Positions 10,228 to 21,315 of a DNA stretch of 64,000 nt are shown piece by piece. The stretch spans positions 832,001 through 896,000 of the forward strand of contig CAVXGK010000001.1 of the NCBI GenBank assembly GCA_963761305.1, in the 5' to 3' direction. The stretch comes from an uncultured Gemmatimonadaceae bacterium. Lineage in GTDB: Bacteria; Gemmatimonadota; Gemmatimonadetes; Gemmatimonadales; Gemmatimonadaceae. Each line of letters starts with the position of its first letter. Within the stretch, counting starts at the first letter, position 1. The notes under the pieces were generated by a model, which saw only the letters and a list, made by a program, of their open reading frames with translations, did no database searches and was not told the origin of the DNA. A program made the position numbers and the translations under genes.

Positions 10228-11256
10228 CTACCGCTTGACGCGACCGCTCGCGTCGCCGGCCATCAACGCTTCGACTTCCGCGACGCTCACGCGATTGACG
10301 TCGCCAAGGATCGAGTGCTTGAGACACGACGCCGCCGTCGCGAACTCGAGCGCCTTCTGGTCGTCTCGATACGCGCGCAATCCATAGATGAGGCCAGCCG
10401 AGAACGAATCACCCGCGCCGACACGGTCCACGATGTCGCCGATTTCGTACTGGCGGCTGTTGAGCATCTCCTTCCGATTGTGCAGCACCGCGCTCCAGCC
10501 GTTGCGGTCGGCGCTGTAGCTCGCGCGCAGCGTGATGGCGAGCTTCTCCAACCGCGGAAACGCCGCCAACACCGCCTCGGCGAGCGCACGGTACTTCTCG
10601 TGCCCCAGCTCCCCGCGCTCGACGCTCACGTCGGCCTCGATGCCGAGTGCGTTCTGGCAATCTTCCTCGTTGGCGACGCCGACCGTCGCGAAGCCGACCA
10701 ATTCCTTCATGACCTCGGGCGCGCGCTTCCCGTACTTCCACAAATTCTTCCGATAGTTGAAATCGCACGACACGGTGATTCCGCGCTCGCGCGCCGCTTT
10801 CGCCGCCGCGATCGACAAGTCCGCCGCCGCCGCGCTGATCGCCGGCGTGACGCCGGTGATGTGGAACCAGTCCGCGCCGGCCAGAATCGCGTGCCAGTCA
10901 AACTCCGACGCGCGCGCAACCGAGATCGACGAACCCGCGCGATCGTAGGTGACGCGCGACGGCCGCTGGTTCGCGCCGTTCTCGAGGAAGTAGACGCCGA
11001 GCCGTTCGCCGGCGCGGCGCACGAACGACACGTCGACGCCGAGCGCACGGAGGGACGCGAGGCACGCGTCGCCGACGTTGTTGGCCGGAACGGCGCTCAC
11101 GAATCGCGCATCGACGCCGAACTGCGCGAGCGACGCCGCGACGTTGGCTTCCGCGCCGCCGAACGTCGCCTCGAGCATCGGCGACTGGAACAGCCGCTCG
11201 AATCCAAGCGACTTGAGCCGGAGCATGACTTCACCAAGCGTGACCACACTCGTCAT
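10228..11256 (-). CDS. kdgK: 2-dehydro-3-deoxygluconokinase (PfkB family)
   Basis: [34 protein letters not shown]. Confidence 0.93.
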   Translation of the reverse strand: MTSVVTLGEVMLRLKSLGFERLFQSPMLEATFGGAEANVAASLAQFGVDARFVSAVPANNVGDACLASLRALGVDVSFVRRAGERLGVYFLENGANQRPSRVTYDRAGSSISVARASEFDWHAILAGADWFHITGVTPAISAAAADLSIAAAKAARERGITVSCDFNYRKNLWKYGKRAPEVMKELVGFATVGVANEEDCQNALGIEADVSVERGELGHEKYRALAEAVLAAFPRLEKLAITLRASYSADRNGWSAVLHNRKEMLNSRQYEIGDIVDRVGAGDSFSAGLIYGLRAYRDDQKALEFATAASCLKHSILGDVNRVSVAEVEALMAGDASGRVKR

Positions 11257-11930
11257 GCAAACACCCCCGCCGGCGGCACCGGCCCGCGCCCTCTCGCGGT
11301 TTCCGCGGCGCGCAGGGATGCGTCGCGGATGCGGTCGAATCGCTTTTCGGCGATCCAGTCGGCGGGCGCCATCCACGATCCGCCGCACGCGACGACGCGG
11401 TCGTACGCCAGGTACTCTCCGACGTTGGACGCGCTGATGCCGCCGGTGGGCATGAAGTTCACGCCGACGAATGGCGCCGCGATCGCCTTGAGATACGTGA
11501 GCCCGCCCATCGGTTCGGCCGGGAAGAACTTTAGCGTTTTCAAATCCAGCTCGAGGGCCGACTCGACCTCGGTCGGCGTCGCGATCCCGGGGTAGACAGG
11601 CAGCCCGAGCGACAGACAGTGCTCGACGACACGGCGGCTGAAGCCGGGCGCGACGATGAACCTGGCGCCGGCTTCACGCGCGGCGTCGACCTGTGCCGGC
11701 GTGAGCACCGTGCCGGCGCCGGCAAGGAATTCAGGCGCCTCCACGGAGATGCGTCGAATCGCGTCGGCGGCGCGCGGTGTCCGAAACGTGATCTCGGCGC
11801 ACGACAGGCCGCCGGCGGCGAGCGCGCGGGCGAGCGGAACGGCGTTGTCCGGGTCGTCGATGGTGATGACGGGCACCACGCGCGCCGCGCGCAATTGCTC
11901 GGTCATCGAAGGAGGCTTGGGAGTCGTCAT
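11253..11930 (-). CDS. eda: KDPG/KHG aldolase
   Basis: [32 protein letters not shown]. Confidence 0.95.
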   Translation of the reverse strand: MTTPKPPSMTEQLRAARVVPVITIDDPDNAVPLARALAAGGLSCAEITFRTPRAADAIRRISVEAPEFLAGAGTVLTPAQVDAAREAGARFIVAPGFSRRVVEHCLSLGLPVYPGIATPTEVESALELDLKTLKFFPAEPMGGLTYLKAIAAPFVGVNFMPTGGISASNVGEYLAYDRVVACGGSWMAPADWIAEKRFDRIRDASLRAAETARGRGPVPPAGVFA

Positions 11931-13463
11931 GTGAGCGTCACCGATTCCGTGAGCTGGGCATCGAGCGCTGAAGCTACACCTTGCCTGCAGATTCGCATGA
12001 GGTGTTCAGCCACCAGCGTCGAAGAACCCGGGAATCCCGGTGAGGTCCGTGCCCCACAGCGTGCCGTCGGCGCAGATACACCGCGCCAGCTCGACGAACT
12101 CGTCGTCCGACCGAGGCGCCAGCGACTGCCACGTCGCGCGCAACCGTTCTCCCTCCGCGTCCGGCGGGACGGCGAGACCGGCCGCGCGCCGCTCGGCGTG
12201 CACTTCGCCTCGCATGAACGCGAGAAACGCCGCGAAGCCGAAGGCCAGCGCCGCCGGCGGACGCGCATTCTGCGACGCGAACGCCACGATCGACGGCACC
12301 ACGCGGACGCGCATCTTCGTCGTGCCGTGGAGCGTGATGTCGATCAGCGCGTGCTCGATGTACGGATTGTCGAAGCGGTCGAGCACCTCGGCGGCGAACA
12401 CGTCGGCGCGCGGAGCGTCGAGGCTCGGGGCGATTTCGTCGAGCATCGCGCGACGCAGGAACGCACCGACCCGGCGATCGCGCACCGCGTCGCGCACTGT
12501 GACGAGACCGGCCAGCAATGCCACCGGAACCACGATGGTATGACCGCCATTGAGCAGCCGAATCTTGCGCTCGCGATACGGACGGATGTCGGGCGCCACG
12601 ACGATCCGCGCGTCATCGCCCGGAAAGCCGAGCCGGGCGCGCAGCGCATCGTCGCCCTGGATCGCGAAGAGGGCGTAGCTCTCGCACGACGTCAGCATTC
12701 CGTCGCGGTACCCATGCAAGCGCTCGAAGCGCTCGGTCTCGCCGCGCGACGGCGCGCCCGGCACGATGCGATCGACGAGCGTGTTGCAGAACACGACGGC
12801 GTCGTCAAGCCAGGTGGCAAATCGCCGATCCAGCTTCCACGACGCGGCGAGCCCGCGAACCAGGCGCTCCAACGTTACACCATTGTCTTCGATCAGCTCG
12901 CACGGCAAAACGACGAGCCCACGTTTTGTATCGAAATCGAAGGCCGTCCCCCGCTCGGACAAGAAACGCGTGAGCTTGGCCGGAAACGAGGTTGGCGGGC
13001 TCGCATCCGGCGAATCGTCCGGGCTGAGCGTCAGCCCGACTTCGGTCGTATTCGAGACGATCAGCTCGACGTGCGGATCGCGCGCCAGCGCGAGAACCGC
13101 GTCCCATTCGCGGGTCGCCGAGAGTGCACGACTCAGCGCCGAGACGACGGTGTGTCGCGGATGCGCATCGTGGCCGTTGCCCCCTTGGATCGAGAGCGTG
13201 TACAGGCCGTCCTGCGCATTGAGGAGCGCGTCGCGCTGACTGACGGTGGACGCGATGGCGACGATCGACCCGTCGAAGCGGCCGGCCCGATTCGCCTCGT
13301 CGATGAACCACGCGGCGAATCCGCGCAAGAACGCGCCGGTGCCGAACTGCACCACGCGCTCCGGCAGATCGAGAATGGTCGCCGGCGGCACGTCGATGTC
13401 GTCGCGCCCACGCATCGGCGGCGACGCGACGAGCGCGCGCGACAACCTCGGCAAGCCGCTCAT
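11927..13463 (-). CDS. uxaB: Tagaturonate (altronate) reductase with a 1-nt frameshift near 12015; as read it stops at 12006
   Basis: QFGTGAFLRGF, SNTTEVG, SFPAKLT, PCELIEDNG, NTLVDRIVPG, RLLNGGHT. The expected C-terminal helix (VAEHLMRICRQGVASAL) lies in another frame, ending at 11927 and overlapping the eda ATG. Confidence 0.9.
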
Positions 13464-15026
13464 CTAGAGCGTGACTCCGTCCTTCCAGATCGCAATCTCG
13501 CGGTAGTCGTTCGTTTCGTTCTTGGCGAGACGAGACCCGGATGCGACGTCGAGCACGAACGCGAACAGCTCGTCCTCGAGCTGCGCCGCGTTCGTTCCGC
13601 CACCGAGCAAACGGCCGGCGTCGAAGTCGATCCAATGTGGCTTCCGCGCGGCGATGTCGCTGTTCGACGAGACCTTGATCGTCGGCACGGGAAAGCCGAG
13701 CGGCGTGCCGCGCCCCGTCGTGAAGAGCAACAGCGTCGCGCCGCTCACGACCATCGCGGTGGACGACACCGCGTCGTTGCCCGGCGATTCCAGCAACGCC
13801 ACGCCGCGTGAATGCGCCGGCAACGGCTCGCCATACCGGAGAACGCGCGTCACCGATCCGCGCCCGCCCTTCTGGATCGCGCCGAGCGATTTTTCCTCGA
13901 GCGTGGTGAGTCCGCCTGCCTTGTTGCCCGGCGACGGATTCTCGTAGATCGCCTGGCCGTGGCGAATGAAGTACTGCTTGAAATCGTTGATCATCGCCAC
14001 GATGTCGCGGAACACGTCGTCGCTCGCCGCGCGGTTCATGAGCAGTTGCTCGGCGCCGAACATCTCCGGCACTTCCGTGAGGATCACGCCGCCGCCGAGC
14101 GACGTCATGCGATCGGCGACGCGCCCGAGCAGCGGATTCGCGCTGATGCCGCTGAATCCGTCCGAGCCGCCGCATTTGTGGCCGAGCACGAGGTCGGTCG
14201 CCGGACAATCGACGCGGCGATCCTCGCTCATGCGCTCGACGAGCTTCGCCACGGCGCCGGTGCCCTCCTCCAGCTCGTCGATCACGTCCTGCGTGTTGAA
14301 GAACGCGAGACGACTGCGGTCGACGTCGCCGGCGAGTTGGAGCAGCGAATCGAGCTGGTTGTTCTCGCAGCCGAGGCCGAGGATCAACACGCCGCCGGCG
14401 TTCGGATGTCGCATCAGGCCGGCGAGCACGCGTTGCGTGTGCGAGAGATCGTCGCCCAGCTGGCTGCATCCATATGGATGCGCGAACGCATGGACGCCGT
14501 CGATCGCGCCGCGAAATCGTTCGGCCGCTTGTCGCGCGATACGCTCGGCCGCGTGGTTGACGCAGCCGACTGTGTTGAGCACCCACAGCTCGTTGCGCGT
14601 GCCGACGCGGCCCCCCCCGTTCGGTCGCCGATAGCCCTTGAACGTCGGCATCGACGGCGGGGCGCGATGCGCCGCCGTGGACGCCGGCCGATAGACGTAG
14701 TCCACGACGCCCGAGAGCGCGGTGCGAAGGTTGTGCGTGTGAACCCAGTCGCCGGCTGCGATCGGTTCCGTCGCGACGCCGATCGGAACGCCGAACTTCA
14801 CCACGACATCGCCGACGGCAATCGGTACGAGCGCGATCTTGTGGCCCGGACCGATCTCGGCGCGCGCGGCGACCGCCGCCCCGTCGACCGCAACACGCTC
14901 GCCGGGAGATATCGCGCGCAACGCGACCGCGACATTGTCGTCGTCGGAGACCCGAATCGCCGACAGCGCGCCGTCGGGAGCCGCGACGTGCGGCCCTCGC
15001 TGCGCGCGCTCGGCTCCGATCGTCAT
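13464..15026 (-). CDS. uxaA: Altronate dehydratase (SAF + GD_AH domains)
   Basis: GHKIAL, WVHTHN, VGTRN, HPYGCSQLG, KCGGSDG, ENPSPGNKAGGLTTLEEKSLG, FTTGRGTP. Confidence 0.95.
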   Translation of the reverse strand: MTIGAERAQRGPHVAAPDGALSAIRVSDDDNVAVALRAISPGERVAVDGAAVAARAEIGPGHKIALVPIAVGDVVVKFGVPIGVATEPIAAGDWVHTHNLRTALSGVVDYVYRPASTAAHRAPPSMPTFKGYRRPNGGGRVGTRNELWVLNTVGCVNHAAERIARQAAERFRGAIDGVHAFAHPYGCSQLGDDLSHTQRVLAGLMRHPNAGGVLILGLGCENNQLDSLLQLAGDVDRSRLAFFNTQDVIDELEEGTGAVAKLVERMSEDRRVDCPATDLVLGHKCGGSDGFSGISANPLLGRVADRMTSLGGGVILTEVPEMFGAEQLLMNRAASDDVFRDIVAMINDFKQYFIRHGQAIYENPSPGNKAGGLTTLEEKSLGAIQKGGRGSVTRVLRYGEPLPAHSRGVALLESPGNDAVSSTAMVVSGATLLLFTTGRGTPLGFPVPTIKVSSNSDIAARKPHWIDFDAGRLLGGGTNAAQLEDELFAFVLDVASGSRLAKNETNDYREIAIWKDGVTL

Positions 15027-15028
15027 CG

Positions 15029-16507
15029 CTAGCTCCGCGCGGCCGCGAGCGAACGCCGAGCCGCCGGCTGGGTCGCGGGAGCGATCCGATACGTGTCGCG
15101 CGCGAGATCGTACGCCATGGCCCGCGCGAGCACGTGCGCGTCCTCGAGCTCCACGACGTGCCGCGCGACCAGACCGCCGAGAAAGTTCGCGTCCACGCGG
15201 CGCGCGAGGTCGTGTCGCGCAGGAATGGAGCAGAACGCGCGTGTGTCGTCGTTGAATCCGGCGGTGTTGTAGATGCCCGCCGTCTCGGTGACTTGCTGCC
15301 TGTACCGCGTCATGCCTTCGATCGAATCGTGGAACCACCACGGCGGCCCGAGCCGCAACGCGGGATAGTGTCCGGCGAGCGGCGCCAGCTCGCGCGAGTA
15401 CGCCGATTCATCGAGCGTGAACAGTACGAGCGAAAAGCGTTCGTCGTTGCCGTACGCATTCAGCAACTCGGCGAGGTTCCGCGTGTACTCGGTCGCGACC
15501 GGAATGTCGCCGCCGCGATCCGCGCCGAAGCGCTCGAAAACGGCGCGGTTGTGATTGCGCAGCGCGCCGGGGTGGAGCTGCATGACCAGTCCGTCATCGA
15601 CCGCCATGCGCGCCATCTCCATCAGCATGTGCGCCTCGAACCGGCGCTGATCGTCGGCCGTCGCCTCTCCGCGCAGCGCGCGAACGAAGATCGCCGACGC
15701 GTCGTGCAACGAGAGTCGTGACGCGAACGGCTCGACGACCGCGTGATCGGTCGCCGTCGCGCCGAGCGACTTGAAGAACGCCCGGCGGCTCTCGAGCGCG
15801 GCGACGAACGCCTCGTAGTTCGCGATTGACGCGCCGTTCGCCTGGCCGAGGCACTCCAGCTCGGACGACCACTCGGCCGCCGCGATGCGAAAGACGGCGT
15901 CGGGGCGAAAGGTGGGAATCACGCGTCCGCCCCACCCGGACGCGCGGATCGCGCGATGATGCTCGAGCGAATCGCTCGCCGCGTCGGTCGTCGCCAACAC
16001 CTCGATGTTGAAGCGCTCGAACAACCGGCGAGGCCTGAACTCGGGAGACGCGAGTCGTTCGGCGATCTGATCGTACACGTACTGCGCCGAGTCGGCATCG
16101 AGTCTGACCTTCACGCCGAACACGTCGTGCAACTCGTGGTCGAGCCAAACGCCGGTCGGCGTGCCGTGAAAGAGGTGCGCGTTGTCGCCGAAGGCTTGCC
16201 AGATCCGCCGCGGATCGGTCTCGACCGGCGTGCCGTCTCGCGTGGGAATGCCGAGGGTCTCCATCGGCGCGCCGCGCGAGTAGAGCATGCGGACGATGTA
16301 GTGGTCCGGGACGACGATGAGCGACGCCGGCTCCGGAAACGGGTCGTCGTTGGCCAGGAGGGCCGGATCGACGTGGCCGTGCGGACAGATCAGCGGCAGC
16401 GCGCGCGTTTCCTCGTACAGGCTGCGCGCCGCACGCCGGATTTCCGGGTCGGAATCGAAAAACCGGTCGGCGTGGAGGACCAGCGCCCGACTCGTGCCAC
16501 GCCTCAT
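15029..16507 (-). CDS. uxaC: Uronate (glucuronate/galacturonate) isomerase
   Basis: PHGHVDP, PDHY, MQLHPG, YSRELAPLAGHYP, WWFHDS, GFNDDTRAF. Confidence 0.95.
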   Translation of the reverse strand: MRRGTSRALVLHADRFFDSDPEIRRAARSLYEETRALPLICPHGHVDPALLANDDPFPEPASLIVVPDHYIVRMLYSRGAPMETLGIPTRDGTPVETDPRRIWQAFGDNAHLFHGTPTGVWLDHELHDVFGVKVRLDADSAQYVYDQIAERLASPEFRPRRLFERFNIEVLATTDAASDSLEHHRAIRASGWGGRVIPTFRPDAVFRIAAAEWSSELECLGQANGASIANYEAFVAALESRRAFFKSLGATATDHAVVEPFASRLSLHDASAIFVRALRGEATADDQRRFEAHMLMEMARMAVDDGLVMQLHPGALRNHNRAVFERFGADRGGDIPVATEYTRNLAELLNAYGNDERFSLVLFTLDESAYSRELAPLAGHYPALRLGPPWWFHDSIEGMTRYRQQVTETAGIYNTAGFNDDTRAFCSIPARHDLARRVDANFLGGLVARHVVELEDAHVLARAMAYDLARDTYRIAPATQPAARRSLAAARS

Positions 16508-16551
16508 GGTTCGCTCGGCTGTCGGGTGGGAGACTTGAAGCGAAGCCGCAT

Positions 16552-16570
16552 TTGTTCAAATTACGAACAA
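16552..16570. promoter_or_regulatory. Candidate ROK operator in the divergent uxaC/ROK promoter
   Basis: AT-rich inverted repeat TTGTTC-N7-GAACAA in an otherwise GC-rich spacer. Confidence 0.55.
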
Positions 16571-16699
16571 TATCGGCGATTCGTTAGGCCCTCCCCCGGT
16601 CCCGCGCCGGCTTCCGTCCCCAATTGAGCGGAATCCCGCGGGCGGCGGGGCGGCTTGGCGAGCTATTGTCCCTCTACCCAACCTCGGCGGCCGTCGCCC

Positions 16700-17920
16700 G
16701 TGCGCAAGATCAATACGCGAAGCTTCATCATGGCCACGCGGTCCACGCCGCGGGAGATCAATCGGCAAATCGTGCTGAACCTCGTTCGCGAGCACCAGCC
16801 GATCTCCCGCGCCGACCTCGCGAGGCGAATGCGCGTCGGCCGAGGCATGGTCACGTCGCTGGTCAGCGAGCTGCTCGCCGAAGGCTCGATCTACGAGGGC
16901 GCCACGGTCGAAGCGCCGCGCGGCCGCAAGCCGATGATGCTCTACGTGCGCACGCATGACCGGCTCGTCGTCGCGGTAGACGTGCGCTTCAGCCGCACCT
17001 TCCTGCAGCTCGCCGACTTCAGCGGCGCGGTCATCTCGGTCGAGACGTTCGACACTGTCGTCGAACCGAAGGCGCTCACCACCGGATTGGCCAAGCGAAT
17101 CGCCCGCCTGCTCAAGACGCATCGAGCCGCGGGCAAGTGCAACGGCATCGGACTCGTCGTCCCCGGCATGGTGGAACAGACCACCGGCCGAGTGCTCAAC
17201 GCACCGCAGCTCGGCTGGCGCGACGTCGACATTCGCGACGACTTGGCCCGGGCCACCGGTCTCGCCGTGCAGATCGAGAACGCGCCGATCGCCTGCGCCC
17301 TCGCGCAGATGTGGCTCGGCCAGCGCGGCGGTGACGCGCCGCGGGACTTCACCTACGTGACCGTCTCCGACGGCGTCGGCGCCGGCATCGTCATGAACGG
17401 TGAAGTCGTGCGCGGACACAACAACACCGCCGGAGAATTCGGCCACGTGGCAGTCGATCCGCGCGGACCGCAGTGCCTGTGCGGCGCGCGCGGATGTCTC
17501 GAGGCCTACACGTCCAACCTCGCGACGCTCTCCCGCTACCTTGGCCATCCGTTCTCGCCGACCGACACTCGGCGATTGCTCCAGGAATCGGGGCTCACGA
17601 TCGAAGACGTGATCGCGCGCGCACGCTCGGGCGAAGTTCGCGCGCGCAACGCACTCGAGGAGACGGCGCGCCACCTCGGCGGCGGCCTCGCCATCATTAT
17701 CAACACGCTGAATCCGGCGCAGATCTTCGTCGGCGGCGAGATCACCGAAGCGTGGGACCAGATCGTGCCGGTGATGACGAGCGTGATTCGCGAGCGCGCG
17801 CTCACCGCGCTGGCGGCGGAGACGCCGCTCGTGCCCGAACCGGCGAGCAGCTACCCGAGGCTCAGAGGCGCGACGGCCCTGGTGGCGGCGCCCGCGTTCG
17901 CAGCGCCGCAGGTCGCGTAG
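16700..17920 (+). CDS. ROK-family transcriptional regulator (NagC/XylR-like)
   Basis: HTH ISRADLAR, GRKP, GVGAGIV, AGEFGH, CLCGARGCLE. GTG start chosen; ATG at 16729 is also possible. Confidence 0.92.
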   Translation: MRKINTRSFIMATRSTPREINRQIVLNLVREHQPISRADLARRMRVGRGMVTSLVSELLAEGSIYEGATVEAPRGRKPMMLYVRTHDRLVVAVDVRFSRTFLQLADFSGAVISVETFDTVVEPKALTTGLAKRIARLLKTHRAAGKCNGIGLVVPGMVEQTTGRVLNAPQLGWRDVDIRDDLARATGLAVQIENAPIACALAQMWLGQRGGDAPRDFTYVTVSDGVGAGIVMNGEVVRGHNNTAGEFGHVAVDPRGPQCLCGARGCLEAYTSNLATLSRYLGHPFSPTDTRRLLQESGLTIEDVIARARSGEVRARNALEETARHLGGGLAIIINTLNPAQIFVGGEITEAWDQIVPVMTSVIRERALTALAAETPLVPEPASSYPRLRGATALVAAPAFAAPQVA

Positions 17921-18554
17921 ATCCCGAGCGTTTGGCCTTCGCTCGGCGCGGCGGAATGAGGCTGTCCTGCGGACTGCCTTGCACGAAAGCGCCGGAGAAG
18001 GTGACGAGTGAGTCGAGGCGCTTGATGAACGTCGGCCCGATGCCGCTCACTCGGCGCAGTCCGTCGAGGCTGAGAAACGGTCCTCGCCTCATGCGATCGG
18101 CGGCGATCCGTTTGGCGATCGCGGGAAGGATGCCCGGCAGCGAATCGATCTGTGCCGCTGTCGCGACATCGAGGTCGAGCCTCCCGTTGATGTAGCCCGG
18201 CCGATCGAGCGCGCCGGCGCCCCACTTTCGCGACGGGGTGGGGGTGCCTTGTTCGGAATCGTGGACCGGCCACCGTCCGCCGGAGTCGTTCGAGAGCGCA
18301 GTCGAGCGCCCGTCGAATCGCCGACCGCCGGGTCCGCGTCCCGAGCCGCCTCGTCCGAGCGAACGACGCGAGGCGGATGACGCGCGTCCCGCGCTGGCCG
18401 CCGAGTCCGCCGACGCCATCTGATGATCGAGTTCCTGCTGCGAGCCGGGCGCGGGAGTTGAACGGGACGCGGCTCGTGTGACTCGTACTCCCACGCCGAG
18501 GATGGCGGCGGCGCCGAGGAAGACGAGCGCTTTGTGATCTGGTCGGAGTGACAT
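17862..18554 (-). CDS. ComEA-like helix-hairpin-helix DNA-binding protein with N-terminal membrane anchor
   Basis: LDLDVATAAQIDSLPGILPAIAKRI, GPFLSLDGLRRVSGIGP; N-terminal hydrophobic segment. Confidence 0.8.
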   Translation of the reverse strand: MSLRPDHKALVFLGAAAILGVGVRVTRAASRSTPAPGSQQELDHQMASADSAASAGRASSASRRSLGRGGSGRGPGGRRFDGRSTALSNDSGGRWPVHDSEQGTPTPSRKWGAGALDRPGYINGRLDLDVATAAQIDSLPGILPAIAKRIAADRMRRGPFLSLDGLRRVSGIGPTFIKRLDSLVTFSGAFVQGSPQDSLIPPRRAKAKRSGSTRPAALRTRAPPPGPSRL

Positions 18555-18729
18555 GGCGCCGAAGGTACGGGCGGACTTCGCACCCAGCGTCATCATTTCT
18601 TTTCCGACGAAACCATTACATCCCGCGTTGCTGACGAACGGAACCGGGCGGGGTAAAAATCGCGTAAGCCCGCTAACACCTAAGGTTTTGGGCCATTAAC
18701 GTTCCACGAATCTTCGACCGGAATCGCTC

Positions 18730-20454
18730 ATGAAGTCGTCCCGTGCTTTCTCGATTTTCTTCCTGTTCCTCGCTGCGTGCGGAGCGCCGAGCACCGTCGC
18801 GACGCGCCCCGCGCCGACCGCGCAGCCGGCGCCGCCGCCAGCGGCAGCGATGCCGGCACCGGCGGTCGCGCAGCCGACGAGCGTCGCGCCGGTCACCCTC
18901 GCCGAAGCGCCGCGCAACTGGCAGCTGCTCGACGAGTCGATCGACCACATTCCCGGTGTCAGCTCGGAGCGGGCGATGAACGAGCTGCTCGCCGGCAAGG
19001 CGCCGAAGAAGCGAGTGCTCGTGGCGATCATCGACAACGGGATCGACACCGCGCACGTGGACCTCAAGGCGAACCTCTGGGTGAATCCGAAAGAGACGCC
19101 GGGCAACCACGTGGATGACGACCACAACGGGTTCATCGACGACGTTCATGGCTGGAACTTCATCGGCGGGCGCGACGGGCAGGACGTGCACTTCGACACG
19201 TTCGAGGTCACGCGCGAGTACGCACGTTGCCACGGCGGCGCGGCGGCGAGCGGCTCTCCGGCGATCACCGATGCCGCGCGCTGCGCCGAGATCACCGCGG
19301 CGTTCGAGAAACAGCGAAACGAGATTCAGAGCTCGGTCACGAACTACGAGAGCGCGCTCGAGGCGATACACCAGATCAATCCGATCCTCAAGACGGCGAT
19401 TCTCGCCGACACGCTACTCCGGCGGCACCTCGGGCGCGACACGCTTTCCGTCGACAACGTCCGCGCGCTGACGCCGACGACGCCGCAGCTCACCCAGGCT
19501 CGACAGATCTATCTGCAGTTGGCCGGCGAGGGAGCAACGGAGACGGTCCTCAGCGACGGCCTCAAGTCGCTGCAGGGCCAGCTCAAGAACGGACTCAATC
19601 CCGACTTCAATCCGCGCACGATCGTCGGGGACAACTACACCGATTGGCACCAGCACGACTACGGCAACAACGACGTGATGGGCCAGGACGCCAAGCACGG
19701 CACGCACGTGGCCGGCATCATCGGCGCGGTGCGCGGCAATGGAATCGGCGTCGATGGCATCGCCAACGACGTGTCCTTCATGATGATTCGCACGGTGCCC
19801 GACGGTGACGAGCGCGACAAGGACGTGGCCAACGCAATCCGCTACGCGGTGGACAACGGCGCGCAGATCATCAGCATGAGCTTCGGAAAAGGGTACTCAC
19901 CGTACAAGGCTGCCGTCGACGAAGCCGTGAAGTACGCCGACGCGCACGGCGTGCTGATGGTTCACGCCGCCGGCAACGACGGTGCCGACCTCTCGAAGGC
20001 GAAGAACTTCCCGACCCCGACGTACCTCGACGGCGGACACCCGAACCTCTGGATCGAGGTCGGCGCGTCGTCGTGGAAGGGCGGTGACAAGCTGCCGGCG
20101 GAGTTCAGCAACTACGGCCAACAGCAGGTCGACCTGTTCGCGCCGGGCGTGGACATCCTCTCGACGGTGCCGGGCAACCAGTACGAGCGCGACAGCGGCA
20201 CGAGCATGGCCGCCCCGGTCGTCACGGGCGTCGCCGCGCTTGTCATGAGCTACTACCCGAACCTGAGCGCCGCCGACGTGAAGAAGATCCTCATGGCGTC
20301 GACCAGCAAGTATCCGAACCAGATCGTCGTGCGCCCCGGGGATGCCAAGGACAAGGTGCCGTTCGGAACGCTCTCGGTCACGGGCGGGATCGTGAACGCG
20401 TACAACGCGCTCCGAATGGCGGACGACGTGTCGAACGGCAAGGCGAAGCCGTAA
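18730..20454 (+). CDS. S8 subtilisin-like serine protease, lipoprotein
   Basis: LAAC lipobox; triad IIDNGID, HGTHVAG, GTSMAAP; oxyanion AAGND. Confidence 0.95.
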   Translation: MKSSRAFSIFFLFLAACGAPSTVATRPAPTAQPAPPPAAAMPAPAVAQPTSVAPVTLAEAPRNWQLLDESIDHIPGVSSERAMNELLAGKAPKKRVLVAIIDNGIDTAHVDLKANLWVNPKETPGNHVDDDHNGFIDDVHGWNFIGGRDGQDVHFDTFEVTREYARCHGGAAASGSPAITDAARCAEITAAFEKQRNEIQSSVTNYESALEAIHQINPILKTAILADTLLRRHLGRDTLSVDNVRALTPTTPQLTQARQIYLQLAGEGATETVLSDGLKSLQGQLKNGLNPDFNPRTIVGDNYTDWHQHDYGNNDVMGQDAKHGTHVAGIIGAVRGNGIGVDGIANDVSFMMIRTVPDGDERDKDVANAIRYAVDNGAQIISMSFGKGYSPYKAAVDEAVKYADAHGVLMVHAAGNDGADLSKAKNFPTPTYLDGGHPNLWIEVGASSWKGGDKLPAEFSNYGQQQVDLFAPGVDILSTVPGNQYERDSGTSMAAPVVTGVAALVMSYYPNLSAADVKKILMASTSKYPNQIVVRPGDAKDKVPFGTLSVTGGIVNAYNALRMADDVSNGKAKP

Positions 20455-20459
20455 AGCGG

Positions 20460-20491
20460 GTGGACGGGTGGACGCGTGGACGCGTGGACGG
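20460..20491 (+). repeat. 4 x 8-bp GTGGACG(G/C) tandem repeat just after the S8 stop
   Basis: gtggacgg gtggacgc gtggacgc gtggacgg. Confidence 0.9.
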
Positions 20492-21147
20492 GGCACGTGG
20501 CGCCTCGTGAGGCGACTGCGGCGGGCAGCAAAGGGGCTGCGTCGCGACGCCTGGTGAGAGAATCCGGCGACAGGTCGGCGGCGGCGAACGTCGAGACTTA
20601 GGATCACGTCGCGCCGACCGTGCCGCCGGCCCGCGCGACGAGTAGGCGCGGGTTGTTCGTCTTGGTGCCCCTGTGAGCGCGAAGAAATCCGGGACCTGAC
20701 GGAGCTGCGCCGCGAGGACCGTGCGGTCGGTCGCACGTGGTCGAGCTCGAGCGCAATGCGGAGGACGCGATCGTCGGCCGGGTCGACAGCGCGATGCGCT
20801 CGCACGTCGTCTGGTTGATGGCGCCGCAGCTGAACATCGACGCGATGTCGTCGAGAATGGCGCTGTATGGCGACCGGTTGAGGGCGTCGAATGGATCGCC
20901 GTTCCGGTCGAGGACGCGTTGCCCTTGGCTGATGGTGCCGAGCACTGGGGAATGCGAAGGTCTGCTCGAGCGCCTGTCCGCGGAGCGGGAGACGCGGTGA
21001 TGGAGGCGCGGGGCGTCGTTCGGTGAGCAGAGGAATGGGTCGGTGTGCGAGTGGCTCGAGCGTCAGTGGCGAAGCGCGTCGTGGAGTCGGTGCGCGAGAA
21101 GAGGACGGGACGCGTGGGGTTCGCGCGCGTATTGCGGTCGGTCGGAG

Positions 21148-21315
21148 TCGGACTTCCATCCGGTGCTGTCGGACTTTGATCCGTTGCTGTCAGACTTCGA
21201 TCCGTTGCTGTCGGACTTCGATCCGTTGCTGTCAAACTTCGATCCGGTGCTTCCGCAGTTCGATCCGGTGCCCGCGTACTTCGATCCGGTGCAGACGTGC
21301 TTCGATCCGTGGCGA
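21148..21315. repeat. 8 x 21-bp tandem repeat, consensus TCGGACTTCGATCCG(T/G)TGCTG, degenerating rightward
   Basis: Units start at 21148, 21169, 21190, 21211, 21232, 21253, 21274 and 21295; no spacers. Confidence 0.95.

Noticed and set aside
8893..13811. Long + strand ORFs (900 aa, 730 aa) and similar ones at 27125..29185 and 29171..31255
   Set aside because: Antisense shadows of well-supported genes in high-GC DNA; Arg-rich with no motifs.
17862..17920. Functional antisense overlap between ROK and the ComEA-like gene
   Set aside because: A low-complexity run-on tail, common in GC-rich genomes or caused by an indel.
18730..20454. T9SS cargo status for the S8 protease or pectinases
   Set aside because: No C-terminal T9SS sorting domain is visible; they carry ordinary Sec, lipoprotein or Tat signals.
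21148..21315. CRISPR array
   Set aside because: Units are head-to-tail with no unique spacers, and no cas genes were seen.
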